This document shows positions 17,025 through 27,368 of a stretch of DNA of 64,000 nucleotides, in pieces. Numbering within the stretch: the first letter of the stretch is position 1; each line of letters starts with the position of its first letter. Below the pieces are notes generated by a model, which was given only the letters and a program-made list of their open reading frames with translations, had not been told where the DNA came from and searched no databases. The position numbers and the translations under genes are program-made. Source of the DNA: a virus; the IMG/VR virus record IMGVR_UViG_3300010883_000007, positions 1-64,000 of that record. One strand, written 5' to 3'.

Positions 17025-20000
17025 TTATATCTCTGCACCCTGGTTAGTTACAACAAAGTCGAGGGAGATGAATTCAACAGCACGTGTGGGCTGGAGAAAG
17101 ATCTTTCCGCGAATTGTGTTGTTCTCAACATCAGACTGCGTTGTTGTTGTTGTGTCGATCTGTACCTTAAACCTATCAAGTCCCTGCTGGGCCTGGATTC
17201 GCTGGAGCACGGGATTGACTGCGTTGGCGAATCTGGCCAGTGTCTCCTCACGGTTCGGCTCGAAGAGCAGGGTATTGGCGATGCGTCGAACCCGGCGGCG
17301 AATCTCAATCAGCAGACGTCTCACATTGACCCGGTCCAGCGCGGACTGGGCGGCTTGGAGTGTCTTTTGACCGAAGATTACAACACCTGGTGTGTGGGGG
17401 AAGGATGTGATGGGATTCACATCGCCCTCATACAGTGCATCCATATTAGATCGATTGAGCTTCACCTGTGATTCTACAACAGAAACCAGCGCACCGCGGG
17501 TGAAACCTGCGGGAGCGAACCACGGGTGGGCCACTGCGTCATTCAGAGCGAATGCCCCAAGTACAGCAACTGAGGGTGGACACCGAACATTGGTTTTCGT
17601 TGCCGGATCTGTGATCACGACATCAGGGAAGTATGCAGCCGCGAAAGACGTATCGAGATTACGGGCCTCGAACCTCTCAACAGTGTTACTCACGTCGATA
17701 ATCTGAGCAGCTGAGGAGGTTACGAACTCATTGACTGTATCCTTCTCCTCAATGTCCATCAGCAGGAGCGCATCAAATCTGCCTTCCACAGCATCGATGG
17801 CGTAGTCACTAACTGACTCGTGTCGAATTCCAGGAATGGAGAGCAGCTGAATGTCAACGTCGGCTTTCTCCTCCATCACATCAATTGCCTTTCTATATGC
17901 AGCAATTGTTGGTCCCTTAACACCACCCTGATTAGCAGAATCTCCGAATTCTCGGCGACAGGCTACATCTAGCATCTTGGATTTCGCTACGTCGAAGTGA
18001 TTGACGCCGTTGTACCCTCCCTGGACAGGGAGTGTGAACTTCAGGTACTTCCGAGAGGGAAGGTGGTTGAAGTCCTTGGACGCGTCGAGGAATCGAGTGA
18101 CATCGCGCTGATAGACAGTACCATCAGAATCAGTCAAGGTTGTTGACTTTACTCCGGTTCTCCGGTATACCGCAGCACCCCATCTTGAGTTAATGGGCCT
18201 ATCGTTGGATCCTGTTGATACCTGGATCTGCTCGAGGGAGAAGAAGTTATTGTTGAATCGGTCAGCATCGAGAATAGTACCGCCAGAGTCCACAGTACCC
18301 TCATTATCACCCACTATGACCTTTCGCCAGGTGTCAGAAAAGTTGGGATAGTACTTGAAGTGATTCACCAATGATGGGTCGATCTTCGATCTAGCATTGG
18401 GTCTCGCCTGGTCGTCCTTGACCTCCCACTGGAGACCCCAAGTGAAGTGGGCCTTTACCCTCTTCTTGGGAGAGTCACCAATCGTGAGATGCTCACGCAT
18501 GGGAAGGGGCGGCTGAACTACACTATAAGCAATGTCAACATCCAGACCGTGGGCATCAGATCCCTGACCGGTACTGCCGGTGATAAATCCTTCGAGGTGA
18601 CCTCCGGTTAGCGTTCCGGTTGAACCACTAGTCACCAGGTGATGGGGGCCACGGAAGCCACATGGGAGCGCGGAGGGGTCTACTACAAGATTCTCAACAT
18701 CAGAGTGAACCTCAACACGTACGTAAGAAGAAGCATTCGGGTGTGAACCCTCAATTCTCAACTTCTGGGCACCTGACTTCTGATCAAAGTCGTAGTACAT
18801 ATTCATATCACCCACGACACGGGCTACATAACGCTCTGATGTGGGATCCATCTGCAGCCCACGAAAGCTCTCCAGAACCACAGGATTTCCGTCGGTATCT
18901 GAGAAATCTCGGATCAAGAGGTCGAACTTGCCGTATGTGGCGTTCTCATTATTGCTTGACTGAATGTTCTCAATCGTTATCTTGATCAGACTATTTGGGC
19001 GATCACCGTCATCCAGGGCGTGAAGCCGAAGGAGATTCTTGTTGTTAGCACCAAACTTCTGAGAGATGATCCAGGGAGACTTCGCTGTCTTGAATCTGTC
19101 CTCCCAGTTATCATAATTGGGACTGGTTGCTGTCCCCACATCTCTTCCTTGGCTGCCGGTCACCAGGAGCGCTAGCTCGTTCGCGCGCCCCACAGCGGAG
19201 TCTGCTGTAGCGGCAATTACGTTCGTTCCCGTGAGGGTGAGGTGTGTGGGGTAGACATCAAAGCTCGAGTAGAGGAGATGACCAGCCTGCTCAATCTTGG
19301 TGGGATCCCTGTTTAGAATCTTTGAGATATACTGCGGCGCGGCCGGATCTAGTGAGCACGTAAGAATGTTGGGATACGTGTCCTGCGCCTTGTGGCCATT
19401 GAGCAGCATCACAAAGTTCTGCTGACCGTTTGTGAGGTCCACCGTGCCGTGGCTCGCTCCGGAATCACCCTGGTCAACACCACCAGTAAAGGTAGACGGA
19501 ACATTAACACTAGAATTAGTATTCCAGTTTGCTGCATTACTAAGTGTAATTGTTGAATTTCCTGATGATCCTACTGTATCTTGCGTAATTGTAACTTGTC
19601 CGGATGCCGGATTTGTTGCTGTCACATCAAGAGAGCTAGCATTGATTGCGGTGAAAAGTGCTGTAGCGAAACCGGCACCTCCCGATCCATCAACGGCCGT
19701 CGCACCAGCTGTTACAACCCCGTCATTAGTATCATCAACTTCAAATACTACTGACGTTGCGCCGGCATCTACTATTGCTATTGTAGTTTCTTCATTCGGC
19801 TTGTCGCTAAAAGTAAATGTTGCAGAACCAGCTACTGCTGTAGCGTCCCCAAACACACCCTTGGCAGACTGGTTGGCCAGTGGATCATTGTTGACTGCAA
19901 ACGTTGAGGACAGTGCCAGAAGGACACCGGAGGGTGCCATCAGCACACCCCTCAAAATTGGGTGGGCTGTGTCAGTCTGAATTCCCGCATCAGCGAGCAT

Positions 20001-20465
20001 TGTGCCATTGTTCTGTTCGCAGAGTGCAGCCAAGAAGTATGTTCTTCCCTCAACACCGGTTGTGGCAGCATTTGCGCCGGCGTATACGTTGTCACCCACA
20101 AGACCATTGGCCTGCACTTGACGAGCGCCTACTACGAATCCCGCATTTACCACACGCCCTGAGTTGTTGCCACCGGATTGTCGCTGAGTGCCGTTTCCTA
20201 CACCCAGAACCTTCACATAGGTTCCAGCTCGGGCATTTCTCATCCACTCATTCATAGCGAGCGGGCCGAACTTTTCTCCATCAGTTGCGCCGAATTCGGC
20301 TACGAAGTCTTGGTATGTCGCAACAGTGATTGGGACAAATGCCCGTCCCTTCTGCGAAGTTCCGATGACACCTGCAGGTACACCCTGAGGACTTATCGCC
20401 GTGGGGCCACTAAGGTCAATTTCCCTTGTGCTTACGCCGGCGCTCTTAAAGGTCAGTTCAGCCAT
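17025..20465 (-). CDS. Tail sheath protein 2 (gp18-like), carrying an inserted ~115-aa module
   Basis: SAGVSTREIDLS, GVIGTSQKGRAFVP, PWFAPAGFTRG, FGQKTLQ..SALDRVNVRRLL, LFEPN, PTRAVEFI. Confidence 0.95.
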   Translation of the reverse strand: MAELTFKSAGVSTREIDLSGPTAISPQGVPAGVIGTSQKGRAFVPITVATYQDFVAEFGATDGEKFGPLAMNEWMRNARAGTYVKVLGVGNGTQRQSGGNNSGRVVNAGFVVGARQVQANGLVGDNVYAGANAATTGVEGRTYFLAALCEQNNGTMLADAGIQTDTAHPILRGVLMAPSGVLLALSSTFAVNNDPLANQSAKGVFGDATAVAGSATFTFSDKPNEETTIAIVDAGATSVVFEVDDTNDGVVTAGATAVDGSGGAGFATALFTAINASSLDVTATNPASGQVTITQDTVGSSGNSTITLSNAANWNTNSSVNVPSTFTGGVDQGDSGASHGTVDLTNGQQNFVMLLNGHKAQDTYPNILTCSLDPAAPQYISKILNRDPTKIEQAGHLLYSSFDVYPTHLTLTGTNVIAATADSAVGRANELALLVTGSQGRDVGTATSPNYDNWEDRFKTAKSPWIISQKFGANNKNLLRLHALDDGDRPNSLIKITIENIQSSNNENATYGKFDLLIRDFSDTDGNPVVLESFRGLQMDPTSERYVARVVGDMNMYYDFDQKSGAQKLRIEGSHPNASSYVRVEVHSDVENLVVDPSALPCGFRGPHHLVTSGSTGTLTGGHLEGFITGSTGQGSDAHGLDVDIAYSVVQPPLPMREHLTIGDSPKKRVKAHFTWGLQWEVKDDQARPNARSKIDPSLVNHFKYYPNFSDTWRKVIVGDNEGTVDSGGTILDADRFNNNFFSLEQIQVSTGSNDRPINSRWGAAVYRRTGVKSTTLTDSDGTVYQRDVTRFLDASKDFNHLPSRKYLKFTLPVQGGYNGVNHFDVAKSKMLDVACRREFGDSANQGGVKGPTIAAYRKAIDVMEEKADVDIQLLSIPGIRHESVSDYAIDAVEGRFDALLLMDIEEKDTVNEFVTSSAAQIIDVSNTVERFEARNLDTSFAAAYFPDVVITDPATKTNVRCPPSVAVLGAFALNDAVAHPWFAPAGFTRGALVSVVESQVKLNRSNMDALYEGDVNPITSFPHTPGVVIFGQKTLQAAQSALDRVNVRRLLIEIRRRVRRIANTLLFEPNREETLARFANAVNPVLQRIQAQQGLDRFKVQIDTTTTTQSDVENNTIRGKIFLQPTRAVEFISLDFVVTNQGAEI
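19479..19823 (-). repeat. Inserted module, copy in sheath 2 (ATFTFSDKP...SVNVPSTFTGG)
   Basis: Similar in protein and DNA to the copies at 48104-48835; absent at the equivalent site of sheath 1. Confidence 0.9.
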
Positions 20466-20513
20466 TCTTTATGCTCCTAACTGTACGTCTGTCAGTCTTA
20501 CTATACGTATTCA

Positions 20514-23500
20514 TTACTCAAACGAAACCCCGCTGTTGGTTACGATGAAGTCCACCGCAATAAACTCCACAGCTCGTGTGGGAACAACGACAATTCGTCC
20601 ATTCATCTTATTTGCCTCGACATCCACCGATGAATTATTGGTGGCATCACAGACAACATTGAAACTCTCGATACCTGCCTGAGCCTGAACCAGTGCTAGC
20701 AGGGGTGTTACCTGATTCACAAATCGTGCACGTGTTGATGAGTTATTCTGCTCGAACAGAAGACGATTGGCAACCTGGACCACTAGTCGTTTCACTTCTA
20801 GAAGCATCCGGCGGACATTAACCCTGTCCAGTGCCGACTTGGCCATCTGGAGAGTCTTTTGGCCAAAGATTACAAATCCTCCGGCGGGAAACACGGCGAT
20901 AGGATTAATCCTAGCGTCATAGAGTGTGTCCCTATCCGCAGAGTTTAGCCTCACGTCGACGTTAGCAACATTTTCCAGAGAGCCCCGGTTGAAACCAGCA
21001 GGAGCGAACCATGGGAATGAGACCTTGTCGTTAAAAGCCAGAGCTCCGAAAGCTGCCACAGAGGCTGGAACCTTAATCGTTGTACCGTTGACAGGATCCT
21101 TCACAAACACATCTGGGAAGTACGTCGCTGCGTAGTTGTTATCCAGAGCTCTAGAGTCTAGCTGCTCAGCGACCTCTCGAACGTCGACCTTATTCTTGTC
21201 ATCGTCGAAGAGGCGATTCTCAGCAGCATCGTACTTGAGGACATCCATCAGGTAGAATGCCATGGAGTAGTCCTTGACCCGCTCCAGGGCATGGTCTGTG
21301 ATAAACGTGTCCCGCATACCTGGAATTGCCAGGATGTTGATGTTGGATGCCATCGGATCTGTTATAATTCTTGTGGCCACGCGGAAGGAGTTCACCACGT
21401 TGTTCTTCTTGCCCTCGCCCATCTGGTTGAGTGTTGCCACAGCCGGAAGGCCGATGTCGACGCTACCCGCAGCCTGTGCCTTTCCTCCAGCATCCGAGGA
21501 GGATGCCCGATCGTTCATCAGGTGTGAGTCCTTATCTAGAATATTAAGACCGTCGAATCCGCCGTAGAACATTGTTGTGAACTTCGCGTACTCAGTGAAG
21601 CGATTGAACACTGTTGAGGACGAGTGAATCAACGTAGCGAGAGAAATACGATTCTTTCTCACACTATCATCAACAACGTACGTCGAGGCGTTGGGATTTC
21701 CGTTCCTGACGTAAGATGATTCAAGCATATGCTCTTTGGCTGTTCCCGACACATCTGTGATATGACCGCTGCTAAGCTGGTTATAAAGAGCCACGCGCGC
21801 GAGAGTGAACTTATTGTTATTAAAGTAGTCTGCACCAGAGCCAGTAACTAGGGTGTCTAGCTTCTGGATTCCGTTGAACTTAGCGTACGCAGAAACTAGA
21901 GGATTTGCCAAGCCACCCTGATTTGCCTTAAGGTTCGCGTTTGTAACAGAACCACCGGGTGCTGAAGAAGTTACTGGAAGACGCTCAAACTTTATCCCCC
22001 AGTAAAGGCGGCTGTCAGCGCGTTCATTAGTTCCCACCTCACCAAGGTAATTAGTGGGTGTTGAGTCCACTGCTCCACGTGTGCACTTAAAACGCATGGG
22101 AAGAGGTGGAACAATTGAACCACTCAATGCCTGAATCTCGTGTGCTAGGGCAGCAAAGTGTCCGGAAATTCTGTTTCGGGACTCACCAAGATTTGTACCC
22201 TTGTTGTCTGTCAAGATATTCTCTTGCAGATCCATCATTGAATCTGAAGTCTTGAGGACAGGGACACCTCGGAAACCGAAGGGCAGAGCATCAGCAGGTA
22301 TTTTCTCTTCCTCGACTGCAGAATTCATGACGATTCGAATTCTTGACGATCGATTAGGGTACTTGCCCCTAATCACCAAGCGTTGCTCGTCCTCATCTGT
22401 AGCATCGAAGTTCCAGTAGACCTTCTTATCACCAATCTTTCGAGCAACATAGCTCTCGTGATTGGGATTTAGACTACACTCTGGGAAGGCTTCTATAATC
22501 TCCTTGTTGTGATCAGTGTCACTAAACCTGCGAACCTGGACCTCGAAAATACCAAAGTCGTTATTGGGATCCACTGACGCACGGAGGTTAGCAATTGAGA
22601 CCTTAAACTTATCATTACCCCACGCGCCGTCACTAATAGTCTCGAAGTGAAAGAGATCAAACTCAGTTGATCCATAAGGCTGGGAGATTATTGACGGGGT
22701 TCTTGGTGTTGAGTACCTCGTATCAAATCTTCCGAAGAGGTCGAGGAACGATGTTGAGGTGTCCCCTCCACCAGAAGTTGTATGATCAGATCCGGATAGA
22801 ATCGCAACAGAGCTTGCCACTGTTCCGACTGAAGCAATCTCGTCCTCGACCGCAAAGTCGAGATAGAGGAGGTGATGCTCCTCCTGGAACTTGTGGGGAT
22901 CAGTGTTGAGAATCTTGCCAATGTATTGGCCGTCGTTGGGGTCGAGAGAAGCTGTATAGATTCTCACGCCAGCATACCCCTCATCATTGGCAAAAGATGT
23001 GCCCACTGAAGAGGAGATTGCTAGCTTAAAGTGTCCGCCCGCACCTGATCCTATATCAACCGGAGAAGCAACATCATCAAGCGCAGCGCTGTAATTAGCA
23101 TACTGCTGATCACCGTCGAACACCTCAAGACGAGATCCTGTTGGAGTGAAAAGTACAGCCCGAACGAGGTTAACCTTGTCGTCACCTCCGCGCTCGGCGA
23201 AACTATCATTATCGCTGAACACTGGATAGCCCGCGGGCTCACCGCCGTCTATCGTACGAAGTGCATGTGTTGCGCACAGAAACTGTACAACACCCTTGTG
23301 ACCGCCGAGGATCTTATCATCTACACCCAAAGCTGTCGACACCAGACGAAAACCTGCGTGCTTAACAGTTCCCTCGTTGTCTGTGGTTGTTATATCTGAA
23401 GTTGTCTCATTAGAACCTGCACCCAAGACTCTTATGTAAGTCAGGGATGTTTTGTTCTTAAGAAACTCACGTACAGCGTACGGCCCGAATCGATTTCTGT

Positions 23501-23681
23501 GCAGTGAGCCAAATCTGGCTTCGAAGTCTGCCAGAGATCCCAGCGTTACTGGGACGAAAGCGGGCCCCCTTTCAGCGGTGCCAATTACACCAGCTGGTGT
23601 TCCGAGAGGAGTGGCACGCCTTGCGGAAAGATCTATCTCCTGTTCGAAAAACCCAGGTGATCTGAATGTCTGCTCGGCCAT
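20514..23681 (-). CDS. Tail sheath protein 1 (gp18-like)
   Basis: SPGFFEQEIDLS, GVIGTAERGPAFVP, PWFAPAGFNRG, FGQKTLQ..SALDRVNVRRML, PTRAVEFI. Confidence 0.95.
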   Translation of the reverse strand: MAEQTFRSPGFFEQEIDLSARRATPLGTPAGVIGTAERGPAFVPVTLGSLADFEARFGSLHRNRFGPYAVREFLKNKTSLTYIRVLGAGSNETTSDITTTDNEGTVKHAGFRLVSTALGVDDKILGGHKGVVQFLCATHALRTIDGGEPAGYPVFSDNDSFAERGGDDKVNLVRAVLFTPTGSRLEVFDGDQQYANYSAALDDVASPVDIGSGAGGHFKLAISSSVGTSFANDEGYAGVRIYTASLDPNDGQYIGKILNTDPHKFQEEHHLLYLDFAVEDEIASVGTVASSVAILSGSDHTTSGGGDTSTSFLDLFGRFDTRYSTPRTPSIISQPYGSTEFDLFHFETISDGAWGNDKFKVSIANLRASVDPNNDFGIFEVQVRRFSDTDHNKEIIEAFPECSLNPNHESYVARKIGDKKVYWNFDATDEDEQRLVIRGKYPNRSSRIRIVMNSAVEEEKIPADALPFGFRGVPVLKTSDSMMDLQENILTDNKGTNLGESRNRISGHFAALAHEIQALSGSIVPPLPMRFKCTRGAVDSTPTNYLGEVGTNERADSRLYWGIKFERLPVTSSAPGGSVTNANLKANQGGLANPLVSAYAKFNGIQKLDTLVTGSGADYFNNNKFTLARVALYNQLSSGHITDVSGTAKEHMLESSYVRNGNPNASTYVVDDSVRKNRISLATLIHSSSTVFNRFTEYAKFTTMFYGGFDGLNILDKDSHLMNDRASSSDAGGKAQAAGSVDIGLPAVATLNQMGEGKKNNVVNSFRVATRIITDPMASNINILAIPGMRDTFITDHALERVKDYSMAFYLMDVLKYDAAENRLFDDDKNKVDVREVAEQLDSRALDNNYAATYFPDVFVKDPVNGTTIKVPASVAAFGALAFNDKVSFPWFAPAGFNRGSLENVANVDVRLNSADRDTLYDARINPIAVFPAGGFVIFGQKTLQMAKSALDRVNVRRMLLEVKRLVVQVANRLLFEQNNSSTRARFVNQVTPLLALVQAQAGIESFNVVCDATNNSSVDVEANKMNGRIVVVPTRAVEFIAVDFIVTNSGVSFE

Positions 23682-23760
23682 TGAATGTATCTCCTTAGAC
23701 TCATGTCATCGTAGGATAAGTATTGAGGGCGCGCCCAAAGTTCCCCTTCGTATGGGGTAG

Positions 23761-25125
23761 TTAGAGCTTTCCTAGATCGATATTTATTCCCTCGCGATAA
23801 ACCGTCTCTCCCTTTCTTTGATTTTGTGACTTAATCCGGATGATTGTCTTTCTCTGTTTGCCGGTAAATGGGTCCTTTTCTGACCTCACGAGATTAACCC
23901 CGGCCGGCCCAGTTTTGAAGCCTCCGAGATTTGCACCAGAAGCTTTCTCGGAAGAAGTTAAACCCCGCTGTACAGATACCTTACCACCAACTGTAGATCC
24001 CTCCTGGGCTGATGGCGCTGATCCTGCTAATCTTCCGCCGGCCAGGGAGACAGCTGCCTGACTTGAATTCGTTCCCATTCCCTGACCAGGATTGGGATCG
24101 TCTGTAGTTGCAAGATCATCCAGAATATAAGCACTCGGATCTCCGGAGGGAGGGGTGCTAATGGGAGTTCCCACAGTTGGGCCCGCTGTCTGAGTTGTCT
24201 CAAATGATACAGATGGTGCTGATATAAATCTTCGTATGGGTGCTGGCGCGCCGGAATAGTCCGGGGCTATTAAATAAGCTGCTACACGAACCTCAAAGTT
24301 GTAGCGCACGAGTCGCTCGGCATCAGTGAAGTCATCATAGTTGTTCCCGGGAGAGAGATCAGCACCAACATAAGCCACAAACCAATACCCCTTGTCTGTC
24401 ACTAGCTTGAATGTTCTACGCCTGTTGTCCTGATACACACTCATCATCGTCATGAGCATGTCATTCATCTCCTGAGTATACTGGGCCCAGAATGTCACAT
24501 CGTATGTAACACTGTAGAACTTCACCGGGGGCATTGTCAGGATCTCATATATATCGGAACCGAGGGATGGCTTCAGAAGATGGCCACGGCGGCTGCTCGG
24601 TGACTGCTGGGTGTTACCCCCTCGTCTGGCCACTGTACCAGGTAGGGATCCTGTCACCGGTTTCTCGGCGACCCTGTGGCCAACTGCAGCAACATCGTCC
24701 TGATTAACAAAACCGTGTGTATTCATTAGGCGCTGATAAACGTCGGATTCCTTCGAGATTCTCTTCTTAATTATCTGCGGGCCGCCCTGGCCCGGGCCCA
24801 TGCCCTGCTCTGGTTCCTGGGAGACTCCCGATCTTAATATTGACACAAGGGGGAGGATGAGGGCATTATTCTTATCGCGTAGAGGGCGCTTTCTCCGGAG
24901 AACAGCAAATCGCTCTCCTGTCGCGAAAATCACAGGCACACTCTTCGTCTCCTCCCGGCGCTTGTACTGGAAGGGAATCCGCTCATCAAAGAGGTGAAAA
25001 ACAGCACGATCCACATCCTCAATTGTGCAGGGGGGTACTGTGAAGTCGTCGGGTGTGTCAAAGCCCTCAAAACCACCACGAACGAAGTCCCCGGTCATGT
25101 TGGCCTTGTCATGTCTAGTCGTCAT
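23761..25125 (-). CDS. Putative tail completion/sheath terminator protein (T4 gp15-like)
   Basis: IEDVDRAV, VPVIFATGERF, LPLVSILR and VTYDVTFWAQYTQEMN; lies between neck and sheath genes. Confidence 0.6.
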   Translation of the reverse strand: MTTRHDKANMTGDFVRGGFEGFDTPDDFTVPPCTIEDVDRAVFHLFDERIPFQYKRREETKSVPVIFATGERFAVLRRKRPLRDKNNALILPLVSILRSGVSQEPEQGMGPGQGGPQIIKKRISKESDVYQRLMNTHGFVNQDDVAAVGHRVAEKPVTGSLPGTVARRGGNTQQSPSSRRGHLLKPSLGSDIYEILTMPPVKFYSVTYDVTFWAQYTQEMNDMLMTMMSVYQDNRRRTFKLVTDKGYWFVAYVGADLSPGNNYDDFTDAERLVRYNFEVRVAAYLIAPDYSGAPAPIRRFISAPSVSFETTQTAGPTVGTPISTPPSGDPSAYILDDLATTDDPNPGQGMGTNSSQAAVSLAGGRLAGSAPSAQEGSTVGGKVSVQRGLTSSEKASGANLGGFKTGPAGVNLVRSEKDPFTGKQRKTIIRIKSQNQRKGETVYREGINIDLGKL

Positions 25126-25143
25126 AATAGTCTTCCGCGTTCA

Positions 25144-25806
25144 CTAATCACCGTAGAATGACGAGTCTGTGGTCGATATACCACCCTTACTCGCAACCTC
25201 TTTTGGTCCAGTGATTGGCTTGTCTAGCTTCCCATCCGCTTGGAGTTGCCTCACGTCACCCGTCTCGCCCAGAATGTTCTCCGAAGCACCCCTCTGCTGC
25301 ACGAACGCTGTCTGTACAGCATCATCATCAGTGAAAGACTCAGACAGAGGGCCTATCGGTCTTACATTTATCTGTCCTTCCCGGGCTTGGATACCCGCTA
25401 TCTTAAATCCCGTGAGATGCTCCACCTGTCCGAATATTTGCTTGTCAGCAATCACTGATGTTACCTCAAAAAATATTGTTCCATAGCTAAAATAATCGCC
25501 CTCTTTTGCCTGCAGATCTTTATCGAGTAGATCTCTCGCGTGTAGGTATACACTTATCTTTGTTGACTCCTCGCTACCGTATCGTGTGGTCGAGAACTCC
25601 TCGGGCTGCCACTCCACCATGCCCTCCATCTCGATCGGGGGATCAAAGACCTTATCAGTAGCCTCCTCATAGATCTCGTGCACCTCCGTAAGATCCTCCC
25701 TCACGTGGTAGTAGTAGATCTTCTGCCCAATAACATCCTTGGTTATCTCCTTTGTTAGGTCGGAGATAAAATCGATCTCTCGGGGTGTTATAAAAAGTCT
25801 TGCCAC
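25144..25806 (-). CDS. Putative neck/head-closure protein (T4 gp14-like)
   Basis: IGQKIYYY...IYEEA..KVF..PIE...KEGDYF; synteny after the gp13-like gene. Confidence 0.6.
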   Translation of the reverse strand: MARLFITPREIDFISDLTKEITKDVIGQKIYYYHVREDLTEVHEIYEEATDKVFDPPIEMEGMVEWQPEEFSTTRYGSEESTKISVYLHARDLLDKDLQAKEGDYFSYGTIFFEVTSVIADKQIFGQVEHLTGFKIAGIQAREGQINVRPIGPLSESFTDDDAVQTAFVQQRGASENILGETGDVRQLQADGKLDKPITGPKEVASKGGISTTDSSFYGD

Positions 25807-25817
25807 CTAAATACTCC

Positions 25818-26990
25818 TCATCCCATTATGATGGCTTTGCCATTGGGTATGGGGATCTGTCTAAGAATCCTCTGCAGGTTTTCAGAGGCTGCGGCCTCTG
25901 ACTCCAGCATTTTATCATATGTTAGCTCTGTGAGCATCTCAGCTAGCTTTGTTTTGAGATTCTCCTGCTCCTCCCGGCCCTGTGACACTAGATCTGTGCC
26001 GTTAAGAGTGAGATCAGATCCAGGGATAGGAATGCTGGAGAACTTCGACCTCACTAACCCAAGCAACTCCTTGGAGAGAGCAAGAGTGTACTGCCTGACC
26101 CACTGCCTCCCAATACTGTTAACTCTCGCATACAGTAGGTCGCCGAAGGGTACGTTGGAGAGATTGCTAACACCGTATATCGTATCATCTGTGTAGCCTG
26201 GGTGGAGAGGATCTGGCGCGAAGGCTACACGAAGCCACAATTTCTTTGGATCAGATGACACAGGCACTGGAAAGAGACGTATCTTGGTTCCCATAATCTT
26301 GTAGGAGTAGTTTGATCGGCGCACCTTGGATGATAGGCTTAACATACCTCCCCTCAGTATATCCTCGAAGACCGGAAGGACGTAGAAGATTGTCTCCGGA
26401 GTGAACGACTCAAATGAGAACTCATTGTTGAGATAGTTGATCGCCGAGGAGGTGTCGAAGAACCTATATGCCGCGTGGGGGGAGAAGTGGAACACCTCCA
26501 TTAACTTCATCTTGGTCTTTGGATTATTGGCTGAACTATCTACAATTAGATTTCCGTCCTCGTCCTTGAGTTCTGTGTAGATATCATAGTCCTGTCGATC
26601 CTTCTCCAAGGAGATGCTGCCTGATATCGTGTTGTAGGAACCTCCGAGTCCGGCCTCCATAGCATAGGGCTCGCCGCGTCGGAGCATGAACTCCAGATTT
26701 TCCCTAGGAAATTTCTGTTCTGTGCCTGATAGGAACGACCCTGTTGGCGCGCCGAGGAGATTTGCTAGTTGGGAGCGTGCCTGATACTGATTGATTATTG
26801 AGCCGTACTCACAGAACGATTCCTCGAAGCATGCCCAGACCTGCTTCTTTGTCAACTCAACGCTGAGAATATCATCACCCAGCTTCCTCTTTACAAAGGT
26901 TACCATGGCGTCAGCCTCAAGCTGAAAATTGCCGTCAGTATCAAAGAGCCCAAAGGGCGTTGGATTCAGTGTATCTGCAAATGTTGCCAT
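25818..26990 (-). CDS. Putative neck/adaptor protein (T4 gp13-like)
   Basis: RKLG...LSVELT, WVRQYTLALSKELLG.VRSKF..IP.PG..LTLNG..L...G.EE...L. Confidence 0.75.
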   Translation of the reverse strand: MATFADTLNPTPFGLFDTDGNFQLEADAMVTFVKRKLGDDILSVELTKKQVWACFEESFCEYGSIINQYQARSQLANLLGAPTGSFLSGTEQKFPRENLEFMLRRGEPYAMEAGLGGSYNTISGSISLEKDRQDYDIYTELKDEDGNLIVDSSANNPKTKMKLMEVFHFSPHAAYRFFDTSSAINYLNNEFSFESFTPETIFYVLPVFEDILRGGMLSLSSKVRRSNYSYKIMGTKIRLFPVPVSSDPKKLWLRVAFAPDPLHPGYTDDTIYGVSNLSNVPFGDLLYARVNSIGRQWVRQYTLALSKELLGLVRSKFSSIPIPGSDLTLNGTDLVSQGREEQENLKTKLAEMLTELTYDKMLESEAAASENLQRILRQIPIPNGKAIIMG

Positions 26991-27063
26991 GTAAGTCTCC
27001 GACGTAATCCTTTATCTAACATCACTAAATATGTGTGTCAGAGAGCGACGTCAGAGGCCTGGG

Positions 27064-27092
27064 AAAAAAGTGTCACGTAATTACGTGACACT
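27064..27092 (-). terminator. Intrinsic terminator (24-bp perfect palindrome plus U-tract)
   Basis: AGTGTCACGTAATTACGTGACACT at 27069-27092, followed on the minus strand by TTTTT, downstream of the 72-aa gene. Confidence 0.75.
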
Positions 27093-27127
27093 CCACCTGG
27101 CGATGGTTGGGATAACCCTAGAGTTAA

Positions 27128-27346
27128 TTACTCTTCGGAAGAATTATCTTGAGCTTCGTCGTCAGCGGACGACTCGTTCTCGGGCTCGGCAGAGGCCCCA
27201 GCCTCCGGAGCAGGAACAAAGACCCGGATTGCAGCGAGGGTAGCAGCTGCTTCATCAAGCGAAAGCACGCCGCGAGCCTGGGCTCGTTGTGCGACAGCAA
27301 TAAGCGTATTAAGAGCAGCTACCTGATCGTTATCTAATGTTAACAT
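27128..27346 (-). CDS. Small hypothetical protein (helical N-terminus, acidic tail)
   Basis: 72-aa ORF flanked by its own promoter-like element and terminator. Confidence 0.75.
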   Translation of the reverse strand: MLTLDNDQVAALNTLIAVAQRAQARGVLSLDEAAATLAAIRVFVPAPEAGASAEPENESSADDEAQDNSSEE

Positions 27347-27368
27347 TTTCTCAAAATCCTATCAAACA

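Noticed and set aside
16481-25125. Bacterial extracellular contractile injection system or tailocin locus
   Set aside because: The tail genes are contiguous with terminase, portal, protease, scaffold and capsid genes, so this is a complete phage morphogenesis module.
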